A stretch of 64,000 bases of DNA from Betaproteobacteria bacterium (lineage in GTDB: Bacteria; Pseudomonadota; Gammaproteobacteria; Burkholderiales; SG8-41), in NCBI GenBank assembly GCA_028291945.1, contig JAQGNH010000384.1, positions 569 through 64,568 of the forward strand, given 5' to 3'. The translations under genes and the position numbers were made by a program. Shown here piece after piece: positions 56,674 through 64,000 of this stretch. The notes beneath the pieces were generated by a model, which searched no databases, was not told the origin of the DNA, and worked only from the letters and a program-made list of their open reading frames with translations. Each line of letters opens with the position of its first letter. The first letter of the stretch is position 1.

Positions 56674-56834
56674 AGTCTCCTTTAAAGTTAACCTAGGCAT
56701 GCTTCACGTGCGGTGGTTACTCCGCACTCCCATCGCGCGATTTCTCGAACGTTGTATTTCGCATCTCTTCCATCGTTCTCCCGAAAGAATTTCGGAAAAA
56801 CCGTGCGTGGTGCGGCAATTCTATGCTACAGCTC

Positions 56835-56886
56835 AAAAAAAAAGCAACACCTTTGTCAACTACGTTTGACGTTGGAATACGTTGCT
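56835..56886 (-). terminator. probable lysA rho-independent terminator
   Basis: The minus strand reads AGCAAC-gtattcCAACGTCAA-acgtag-TTGAC-aaaggt-GTTGC followed by T9, about 105 nt downstream of the lysA stop. Confidence 0.55.
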
Positions 56887-56992
56887 GTGTGTTTGCCGCA
56901 ACACATCATCGGTACGAAAGCGAGTGATTGCGTGATCGCATCAATGAGTTTGCAACGCGATTGGCGCTTCACGCATTCACTACTGAACGCGT

Positions 56993-58240
56993 TCAGCGCG
57001 CGGGCAGACGATGCTCGCGAACGATCAGATCGTGCACCTGTTCACGCTCGCGCACGACGTACAGCTGATCGTCGTCGACCATCACTTCGGCCGCGCGAGG
57101 CCGCGTGTTGTAGTTCGAGGCCATGCTCATGCCGTATGCACCTGCAGACATGATCGCGAGCAGATCACCTTCGTTTGCGGCGAGCCGGCGGCCACGGGCG
57201 AGGAAGTCACCAGTCTCACAAACGGGCCCGACGATGTCGTACGTGTCGGGTCGACCGCCCTCGCGCACAGGCTGTATGTCGTGCCACGCCTCGTAAAGAG
57301 CCGGACGAATCAGATCGTTCATTGCTGCGTCGACGATGGCAAAGTTCCGATCCGCCCCCTTTTTGAGGTACTCGATGCGGGTGAGCAGCAGGCCGGCATT
57401 GCCGACCAGCATGCGTCCCGGTTCGAACAGTAACTTGTACTTGCGGGTATCGAACGCGCCGAGAACCACCCGGGCGTAGTCTCGGATCGTGGGCGGAGCT
57501 TCGTTCTGGTAACGGATGCCGATGCCGCCGCCGACATCGATATGCTTCAAGGTGAGCCCGTCTCGCGCGAGCCGCTCGACGAGATCGCGGATCTTCTCGA
57601 GCGCTTCAGCAATCGGTTCGAGCTCGGTCAGCTGCGACCCGATATGGCAGTCGATGCCGTCGATCCTCACATGTCGCAGTGTCCGCGCCTTGTCGTAGAG
57701 ACCGGGTGCGGCAGCATAGGGAATCCCGAACTTGCTCTGATTGAGGCCGGTAGCGATGTAGGGGTGGGTGCCGGCGTCGACGTCGGGGTTCACCCGCAAG
57801 CTGACCGGCGCGCGGGTGCCGAGCTCACCCGCGATGCGGTCGATGCGCTCGAGCTCGCTCTCAGACTCCACGTTGAGGCAGAGGATGCCGGCCTCCAGCG
57901 CGCTGCGAATCTCACGTTCTGATTTGCCGACGCCCGAAAACACGATTTTCGATGGGTCCCCACCGGCGGCGATCACGCGCTCGAGCTCCCCGCCCGAAAC
58001 GATATCGAAACCGCTCCCGAGCCGGCTGAAGAGGTCGAGGATCGCCAGATTCGAATTTGCTTTTACGGCATAACACACGAGATGCGGGTGACCGTCAAAA
58101 GCCGCGGTGAACGCCAAATACGCTTCCGTGAGCGCCGCGCGCGAGTATACGTAACACGGTGTACCGATTTCTGCTGCAATCCGCGACAGCGGAACGCCTT
58201 CGACGTGAAGCTCGCCATCTTTGTAGTGAGCGGGGTTCAC
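56993..58240 (-). CDS. lysA: diaminopimelate decarboxylase
   Basis: 415 aa; PLP-dependent Orn/DAP/Arg decarboxylase fold with AVKANSN, GGGIGI and CETGD motifs. GTG start at 58240. Confidence 0.95.
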   Translation of the reverse strand: MNPAHYKDGELHVEGVPLSRIAAEIGTPCYVYSRAALTEAYLAFTAAFDGHPHLVCYAVKANSNLAILDLFSRLGSGFDIVSGGELERVIAAGGDPSKIVFSGVGKSEREIRSALEAGILCLNVESESELERIDRIAGELGTRAPVSLRVNPDVDAGTHPYIATGLNQSKFGIPYAAAPGLYDKARTLRHVRIDGIDCHIGSQLTELEPIAEALEKIRDLVERLARDGLTLKHIDVGGGIGIRYQNEAPPTIRDYARVVLGAFDTRKYKLLFEPGRMLVGNAGLLLTRIEYLKKGADRNFAIVDAAMNDLIRPALYEAWHDIQPVREGGRPDTYDIVGPVCETGDFLARGRRLAANEGDLLAIMSAGAYGMSMASNYNTRPRAAEVMVDDDQLYVVREREQVHDLIVREHRLPAR

Positions 58241-58416
58241 TGTGGCGACGGTGCTGCCTCGGACGGCACCGGACGCTCAGGTGGCGGATCAGGAAGCGCC
58301 GGAGGCGGCGGTTTCGCGGCTGCCGCTTTGGGCGGTGGCAGGTAAAGGGGCCCTTTATAGCCGCAACCTCCAAGGAGGTACACGGCAAGGATCAGCAATG
58401 AGCACGCGATACGCAT
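58237..58416 (-). CDS. lptM: LptM (YifL)-like small lipoprotein
   Basis: 59 aa, below the ORF-track cutoff: MRIACSLLILAVYLLGGCGYKGPLYLPPPKAAAAKPPPPALPDPPPERPVPSEAAPSPQ. The lipobox LLGGC followed by G-x-KGPLYLP is the family hallmark. Its TGA overlaps the lysA GTG (GTGA). Confidence 0.7.
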   Translation of the reverse strand: MRIACSLLILAVYLLGGCGYKGPLYLPPPKAAAAKPPPPALPDPPPERPVPSEAAPSPQ

Positions 58417-58506
58417 GGCCGCAATTGTATGGTAACTGCACTTGCGCGAGACATCCTGCCGCGCGACTCGCCGGAAGTTGCGGTCACCTCCGGTGCACTG
58501 TTACAA

Positions 58507-59271
58507 CTAGACGAGCAGGTAGCGATGGCCTTCGCGTCGCAGCTCTTTCCTGAGCGCGGCACAGTCCGGAACGAGTCGCCCGACGATGCGCCAGAATCGC
58601 TGTGAATGATTCATTTCCACCAGATGCGCGACCTCATGGGCCACCACATAGTCGATGAGGCGGGCAGGCATCTGTATGAGACGCCAGTTCAGGTGTATGC
58701 GGCCGCTGCTGTGGCAGCTTCCCCAGCGGGTGCGAGCGCTCGAAAGCATGACTCTGGGCGCGCGATCCACGCCGAGCAGCTGCCGGTAGTGTGCGACACG
58801 CTCTTCGAAGCAAAGCAACGCCTGGTCATGCAACCAGCGATGCACCGCACGTGACACAGATTGCTCGAATGCATCGCCGGTATTCACGATGAGGTTCGAA
58901 CCCTGGATCCCGATGCGTGCCGCACCCGGGACAAGCTTCAGGCTGAAGGGCTGGCCCAGCAGCATGACGTGTTCGCCATCCTGCCAGCGCCGCGCGGGTG
59001 CGCGCTGCACCGTCCACTCATCGAGCTTCCGCAACACCCAGTCGCCATGTTTGCGCAGCAGTCGTTCGATCGCGCTGTGCGTGGCGTGCCAAGGTGCACC
59101 CACGCGCAAGCCTTCCTCGTCGATGAGGATGGAGATCGCACGGCGCCTGAGGCTGCGTTTGATCGTGTAGGTCACGAGCTTGCCTTCCAATGCAAGATGC
59201 GCGCGGGCGATCGATTGTTGCTGCCGAAAGCGCAAAGGCAGGTCGAGCTGGTCGGGTTTAACGCGCATCAT
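58507..59271 (-). CDS. YgjP-like M48/SprT-type metal-dependent hydrolase (DUF45)
   Basis: 254 aa with the HExxH motif in VVAHEVAHLVEMNHSQRFW. Confidence 0.85.
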   Translation of the reverse strand: MMRVKPDQLDLPLRFRQQQSIARAHLALEGKLVTYTIKRSLRRRAISILIDEEGLRVGAPWHATHSAIERLLRKHGDWVLRKLDEWTVQRAPARRWQDGEHVMLLGQPFSLKLVPGAARIGIQGSNLIVNTGDAFEQSVSRAVHRWLHDQALLCFEERVAHYRQLLGVDRAPRVMLSSARTRWGSCHSSGRIHLNWRLIQMPARLIDYVVAHEVAHLVEMNHSQRFWRIVGRLVPDCAALRKELRREGHRYLLV

Positions 59272-59987
59272 CTGGGGCGTATCCGCTGCATTTCATCTTC
59301 GATCCATTGCTCGACGCGACGCATGAGGTCCAGCGCCTTGATCTCCCGCGTGGCGCGCAAGGGCGGACCGATGCTGATCGTAACCACGCCTGGGTATTTG
59401 AGGAAAGAGTTCCTCGGCCAATGATCTCCAGCATTGTGTGCCACCGGGAGAATGGGCGCGCCCGTCTGGGTCGCCAGCCAAGCGCCGCCCGCGTGGTAAG
59501 TACCCCGTTCGCCCGGTACGCTGCGCGTGCCTTCGGGGAAAATGACGATGCTGAAACCGTGGGCGAGTCGTGAGCGCCCCTGTTCGATCATCTGACGCAG
59601 TGCACGCCTGCCCTCTTTGCGGTCTATCGCTATCGGTGAGAGCATCGCCAGACCCCAGCCGAAAAAGGGGATCCACAGCAGCTCGCGTTTTACCACCCAG
59701 ACCTGGGGGGGCAATACAACCTGAAACGCCAGAGTTTCCCAAGCGGACTCGTGCTTTGACATCACGATGCACGGCTCGCTTGGAACGTTCTCTCTGCCCA
59801 GTACACGATACTTTACGCCGCAGATATGCTTCGCAGCCCAAACCATCAGGCGGGACCAGGTCGAAATGATTCTGTAGCGCGTGAGCGGTGCAAACGGAAA
59901 CGTAAGCAGCGCAACGATCGAGTAAATCGGGGTAACGGCAAGCTGCAGGAGCGCGTAAGCGAGGGATCTGAACACCACGCCCGTCAT
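59268..59987 (-). CDS. plsC: 1-acyl-sn-glycerol-3-phosphate acyltransferase
   Basis: The start is trimmed to ATG 59987, which overlaps the gmhB stop (ATGA). Acyltransferase motif SKHESAWET and the FPEGTRS block. Confidence 0.88.
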   Translation of the reverse strand: MTGVVFRSLAYALLQLAVTPIYSIVALLTFPFAPLTRYRIISTWSRLMVWAAKHICGVKYRVLGRENVPSEPCIVMSKHESAWETLAFQVVLPPQVWVVKRELLWIPFFGWGLAMLSPIAIDRKEGRRALRQMIEQGRSRLAHGFSIVIFPEGTRSVPGERGTYHAGGAWLATQTGAPILPVAHNAGDHWPRNSFLKYPGVVTISIGPPLRATREIKALDLMRRVEQWIEDEMQRIRPR

Positions 59988-60517
59988 CTGACGATAAATC
60001 GCACCGCATCGGCAAGGTCGGCGAAGACCTGTGTGCCGTCCGGCAGCCCGCCGTTCCGCTCCGTTTGAGAGCCCTTGCCTGTGAGGACCAGTATTGGCGA
60101 GGACTCTACCGCAGTGGCGGCTTGAAGATCGCGTAACGAATCGCCGACGTTCGGGACGCCTTTCAGATCTACGTTGAAGCGGTGGGCGATCTCCCGAAGC
60201 AGGCCCGGTTTCGGTTTGCGGCATTCACAATTCGCATCCTGCGCGTGCGGACAGAAAAAAATCGCGTCGATTCGGCCTCCGATCTGCGCGAGTGCCCGGT
60301 GCATCTTATCGTGTATCGCATTGAGCGTAGACACTTCGAACAGTCCGCGGCCGACGCCGGACTGGTTGGTGGCAAGGACGACGTGATAGCCCGCCTGGTT
60401 CAGGCGTGCAATCGCTTCAAGGCTGCCGGCGATCGGCCGCCACTCCTCCGGTGACTTGATGAAGCTCTCGCTGTCGTGGTTGACCACGCCATCGCGGTCG
60501 AGGATCACGAGCTTCAT
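59984..60517 (-). CDS. gmhB: D-glycero-beta-D-manno-heptose 1,7-bisphosphate 7-phosphatase
   Basis: HAD motif I MKLVILDRDGVVN, a Zn-binding Cys cluster (FFCPHAQDANCECRKP) and VGDSLRD. The start is trimmed to ATG 60517. Confidence 0.9.
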   Translation of the reverse strand: MKLVILDRDGVVNHDSESFIKSPEEWRPIAGSLEAIARLNQAGYHVVLATNQSGVGRGLFEVSTLNAIHDKMHRALAQIGGRIDAIFFCPHAQDANCECRKPKPGLLREIAHRFNVDLKGVPNVGDSLRDLQAATAVESSPILVLTGKGSQTERNGGLPDGTQVFADLADAVRFIVR

Positions 60518-60585
60518 GGACGCAACCCTTGAGCCGTGAACCCAAACGCGTGAGAAGCCGGGCAACGTTGTTCGTTCATGGGTAG

Positions 60586-62655
60586 CTACACGGCAAGCCG
60601 GGAAATGTCGGCGATGCGATTCATGGTCTGCTGAAGCTGAGCGAGAAGCGCAATGCGGTTGTCGCGCAGCCGGACGTCCTCGGTCATGACCATCACCCCG
60701 TCAAAGAACGCGTCCACGGGACCTTTCAACGCGGCCAGCGCCTGCAGCATCGCCGCGTAATCGTGCGCTGCGAAATGCCTGTCGGCCGCCGTTTTGGCGG
60801 TCGCGAATGCGGCAGCCAGCGTTTTTTCGGGCGCCTCGACCAGGAGATCCGGACTGAAGGTCGACAACACCCGCTCCGCTTTCTTGAGTATGTTGCCGAT
60901 ACGCTTGTTGGCGGCAGCGAGGCTCGGCGCTTCGGGCAGCGTGTTGAACATTTTCACGGCTTCGAGCTGTTTGCGTATCAGATCGACCCGATCGGGTTTG
61001 AGCGTCAGCACCGCATCCACGACGCTCGCGTGATATCCGGCCTCAGCAAAATAGCCCCGCATGCGCTCGAACAAAAAGGCGATCAGATCCGATTGTGCCG
61101 GCTTGACGCCTGCCACGTCGGAGAACACGCCGAAGGCGTCGTCGATGAGCGCAGTGAGCGGCAGCGGCAAGTCCCGCTCACTCAGAATACGGATCACACC
61201 CAGTGCCTGCCGGCGCAGCGCATAGGGGTCTTTGTCACCCGTGGGCTGCTGTCCAATGCCAAACAGCCCGGCGAGGCTCTCCAGCTTGTCGGCCAGCGCG
61301 ACGGCGGATGCGACGGGACTGTTCGGCAACGCATCACCCGCGAATCGGGGACGATAGTGCGACTCGATCGCCTCCGCGACGAGCTCAGGCTCGCCATCAT
61401 GCAAGGCGTAATAGCGCCCCATCGTGCCCTGCAGCTCGGGAAATTCGCCGACCATACCCGTGAGCAAATCCGCTTTCGCGAGCCATGCGGCCCGCTCGGC
61501 CAACAGCGCATCCGTTTTCAAACCCCGTGAATATTTGCCTGCGAGCGTCTGGATACGTTCGACCCGCTGCAGCTGAGTCCCCAGTCGATTGTGATACACC
61601 ACATGTGCAAGCTGCGGCACGCGTTCTTCGAGTCGCACTTTACGGTCCTGATCGTAGAAGAACTTCGCATCCGACAACCGCGCACGCAGGACGCGCTCGT
61701 TACCCCGAACGATATTACTGGGATCGTCCGTTTTCAGGTTCGATACGAGCAGGAACCGCGGCAGCAATCTGCCCGTGGCCGAATCGACCAGCGGAAAGTA
61801 CTTCTGGTGCTGCTTCATCGAAAGGACGAGGCATTCCTGCGGCACGTTCAGGAAATCGGTGCTGAAGGTGCCTTGATAGACGCTCGGCGCTTCGACGAGG
61901 GCCGTTACTTCGTCAATGAGGGCGGCGTCCGACACGAGCTCTGCTTTGCCCGTCGCTGCACGCCCGAGCGCAGCAGAGATTTCGGCTTTGCGAGCATCGA
62001 AGCTCGCTACGACAAAGCCTTCGGTCCGAAGCACATTTTCGTAGTCATCAGCGCGTTTCAAGACGATAGGCCCCGTGCTGAGGAAACGATGGCCCAGTGT
62101 CGTGTTGCCGCTGTCCAATCCAAGCACGCTGCCATGCACTACACGCGAACCGTGAAGCATCACGAGACCATGCACCGGCCGCACGAACTCCGCATCACCC
62201 GTGCCCCATCGCATGACCTTCGGGATAGGGAGCTTAGCGAGCGCCGCCGCTACTTTGATGTCGAGAGTAGTTTCAAGCGCGGAGCCCTTCGCTAAGGTCC
62301 TGTAAACGAACGCCCGCCCCTTCGGCGTATCCCGCTGTTCCAGTGCGGCTATCGCGACGGTGTTCTTGCGAGCAAAACCCTCGAGCGCAGGTGTTGGATT
62401 CCCGTTGGGATCGAGTCCCACTTTAACCGAAGGTCCCGCCAGCTCGATCGCCTTATCCGGAGCAACTTCGCGCACCTGCGTGATTTGAACCGCAAGCCGT
62501 CGAGGCGTCGCAAACCAGCGCATTTCACTGGTCGCCTCGAGCAGATCGTCTTGCTCGAGATCGGCGCGCAAGGCTTCGCCGAACGCGCGGCCGAGACGGG
62601 GGAGCGCTTTCGGCGGCAGCTCTTCAGTCAGTATTTCTACGAGTAGTGTCGGCAT
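60586..62655 (-). CDS. glyS: glycine--tRNA ligase beta subunit
   Basis: 689 aa with N-terminus MPTLLVEILTEELPPKAL, colinear with GlyS. Follows glyQ after a 3-nt gap. Confidence 0.95.
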   Translation of the reverse strand: MPTLLVEILTEELPPKALPRLGRAFGEALRADLEQDDLLEATSEMRWFATPRRLAVQITQVREVAPDKAIELAGPSVKVGLDPNGNPTPALEGFARKNTVAIAALEQRDTPKGRAFVYRTLAKGSALETTLDIKVAAALAKLPIPKVMRWGTGDAEFVRPVHGLVMLHGSRVVHGSVLGLDSGNTTLGHRFLSTGPIVLKRADDYENVLRTEGFVVASFDARKAEISAALGRAATGKAELVSDAALIDEVTALVEAPSVYQGTFSTDFLNVPQECLVLSMKQHQKYFPLVDSATGRLLPRFLLVSNLKTDDPSNIVRGNERVLRARLSDAKFFYDQDRKVRLEERVPQLAHVVYHNRLGTQLQRVERIQTLAGKYSRGLKTDALLAERAAWLAKADLLTGMVGEFPELQGTMGRYYALHDGEPELVAEAIESHYRPRFAGDALPNSPVASAVALADKLESLAGLFGIGQQPTGDKDPYALRRQALGVIRILSERDLPLPLTALIDDAFGVFSDVAGVKPAQSDLIAFLFERMRGYFAEAGYHASVVDAVLTLKPDRVDLIRKQLEAVKMFNTLPEAPSLAAANKRIGNILKKAERVLSTFSPDLLVEAPEKTLAAAFATAKTAADRHFAAHDYAAMLQALAALKGPVDAFFDGVMVMTEDVRLRDNRIALLAQLQQTMNRIADISRLAV

Positions 62656-62658
62656 GCC

Positions 62659-63552
62659 TTAAGCCGCAGCCTTATCTTTACACATCGGAAAACCAAGCGC
62701 TTCCCGCGATGCGTAATAGGCCTGCGCGATCAAGCGAGACAGTGTGCGTACGCGCCCGATATACGCTGCGCGTTCCGTGACCGAGATTGCCCCACGTGCA
62801 TCGAGCAGGTTGAACGTGTGCGAGCATTTCAAAACCATTTCGTAAGCGGGGAGCACAAGGCTCGCTTCGACCAGACGTTTGGCTTCCGATTCGAGCTGAT
62901 CGAACAGCTGCAGCAGCCAGCTCACGTTCGCGAGCTCGAAGTTGTATTTCGATTGCTCGACCTCGTTCTGATGGTACACGTCGCGATAGGTGACCCCATC
63001 AACCCAGACCAGATCGAACACGTTGTCCTTACCCTGCAGGTACAGTGCGAGCCGCTCGAGACCGTACGTGAGCTCGCCCAGCACAGGCCTGCAATCGAGC
63101 CCGCCGACCTGCTGAAAGTAGGTGAACTGGGTCACTTCCATTCCGTTCAGCCACACTTCCCAGCCGAGGCCCCACGCGCCCAGGGTGGGCGATTCCCAGT
63201 CATCCTCGACGAAACGGATATCGTTGACCTTTGGATCGATCCCGAGGGCGTACAGAGACTCGAGGTAAAGATCCTGCAGGTTCGCAGGCGAAGGTTTCAT
63301 CACCACCTGGTACTGGTAGTAATGCTGCAGGCGATTCGGGTTCTCGCCATAGCGCCCGTCCTTTGGGCGCCGTGAGGGTTGAACGAATGCGGCATTCCAG
63401 GGCTCAGGACCGATCGCGCGCAGAAAAGTGGCCGTATGAAATGTGCCGGCGCCGACTTCCATGTCGTATGGCTGCAGCAGTGCGCAGCCCTGGCGATCCC
63501 AGTACTGATTGAGCGTAAGTATGATCTGCTGGAAAGTGAGCATGAAGGCCAA
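62659..63552 (-). CDS. glyQ: glycine--tRNA ligase alpha subunit
   Basis: 297 aa with [34 protein letters not shown], a highly conserved GlyQ sequence. Confidence 0.96.
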   Translation of the reverse strand: MAFMLTFQQIILTLNQYWDRQGCALLQPYDMEVGAGTFHTATFLRAIGPEPWNAAFVQPSRRPKDGRYGENPNRLQHYYQYQVVMKPSPANLQDLYLESLYALGIDPKVNDIRFVEDDWESPTLGAWGLGWEVWLNGMEVTQFTYFQQVGGLDCRPVLGELTYGLERLALYLQGKDNVFDLVWVDGVTYRDVYHQNEVEQSKYNFELANVSWLLQLFDQLESEAKRLVEASLVLPAYEMVLKCSHTFNLLDARGAISVTERAAYIGRVRTLSRLIAQAYYASREALGFPMCKDKAAA

Positions 63553-63606
63553 GCAAACCGCGAATTTTACCGGGTTTCGCTACCCGGGAGAATTTCGGAC
63601 AGTGTG

Positions 63607-64000
63607 CTACGGCGTTGTGGTACGCATGCGTGCGTAAACGACCGCACTGAGGAGCATCACTACGCACAGCGTGAGAATGGCCATGTTGCCCCAGCGTACA
63701 TACGGCGTGGCGCCTGAATAGCCTTGGACCGTGGCACGTACCGACGCAGTTGAAAATTGAGGCGCAACCTCCACGATATTCCCGCGCGCGTCGATAACGC
63801 CGGTCATCCCCGTGTTCGTTGCGCGCAGCATGTAACGGCCTGTTTCCAGCGCACGTGCCTGGGAGATCTGCAGGTGCTGATATGGCGCGATCGAGCGGCC
63901 GAACCATGCCACGTTGCTCACGTTGACGAGCAGCGTCGCCTCCGGCAATGGGCGAATGATTTCTTCTCCGAACGCATCTTCATAGCAGATGTTCACCGCC
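63607..64000 (-). CDS. lnt: apolipoprotein N-acyltransferase, C-terminal part (gene continues past window end)
   Basis: CN-hydrolase C-terminal region ICYEDAFGEE...NVSNVAWFGRSIAPYQHLQISQARALETGRYMLRATNTGMT plus the final TM. The frame is open to position 64000. Confidence 0.85.
   Translation of the reverse strand, partial: AVNICYEDAFGEEIIRPLPEATLLVNVSNVAWFGRSIAPYQHLQISQARALETGRYMLRATNTGMTGVIDARGNIVEVAPQFSTASVRATVQGYSGATPYVRWGNMAILTLCVVMLLSAVVYARMRTTTP

Noticed and set aside
56780-56800. CCGAAA-GAA-TTTCGG hairpin followed by an A-run in the lysA-distal spacer
   Set aside because: It is a short stem with the T-run on the wrong side for either strand's terminator. It is noted only as part of the structured AT-rich spacer.
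56713-57153. 146-aa plus-strand ORF spanning the AT-rich spacer into lysA
   Set aside because: Its 3-prime part is antisense to lysA and its 5-prime part runs through terminator hairpins and an A9 run. It has a GTG start with no SD and no family resemblance.
58095-58553. ORFs 58095..58388 (-) and 58242..58553 (+) upstream of lysA
   Set aside because: Both overlap the much more convincing 59-aa LptM-type lipoprotein frame and have Arg-rich shadow composition.

Overview
This is a gene-dense, high-GC chromosomal segment (roughly 60-65 % GC by eye, not computed). Its gene content and synteny look betaproteobacterial: lnt-glyQ-glyS-gmhB-plsC, DUF971-ubiE-Tim44like-ubiJ-ubiB, nadD-rsfS-rlmH-maf-rng, yggS-proC-yggT-yggU divergent from pilT-pilU, aceE-aceF, liuR-liuA and a class I phaC. 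That placement is an inference, because no marker RNA gene is present. I call about 65 protein-coding features. Four were found by reading the DNA directly, either because they fall below the 60-aa ORF-track cutoff or because they run off the window edge: an NMO fragment, an LptM-like lipoprotein, an FAH N-terminal mini-ORF and a poly-Lys/Ala micro-ORF. I also call one probable frameshifted TauE gene, two pairs of palindromic operator candidates and three terminator-like hairpins. I saw no rRNA, tRNA, CRISPR array, transposase, integrase or phage genes. Most of the window is housekeeping, and I could not identify a clear-cut novel multi-gene system. The items most worth a second look are: (1) a Shine-Dalgarno-led 20/21-codon Lys/Ala-only micro-ORF made of in-frame repeats in an AT-rich spacer near 56.6 kb; (2) two paralogous family-less lipoprotein genes wedged into the ubiquinone operon at 33.1-34.7 kb; (3) a HIRAN-domain protein with a signal/anchor-like N-terminus inside a tightly packed hydrolase-ABC-hemJ gene string at 22-25.4 kb; (4) an accessory-looking glycosylation/modification region at 42-53.5 kb containing two TPR-glycosyltransferase fusions around a porin gene, plus paired 18-bp palindromes exactly 100 bp apart; (5) an internally triplicated membrane protein coupled to an SSS transporter; (6) LiuR-type operators shared between liuR-liuA and phaC. 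Function calls rest on motif recognition by eye. No database search was run.
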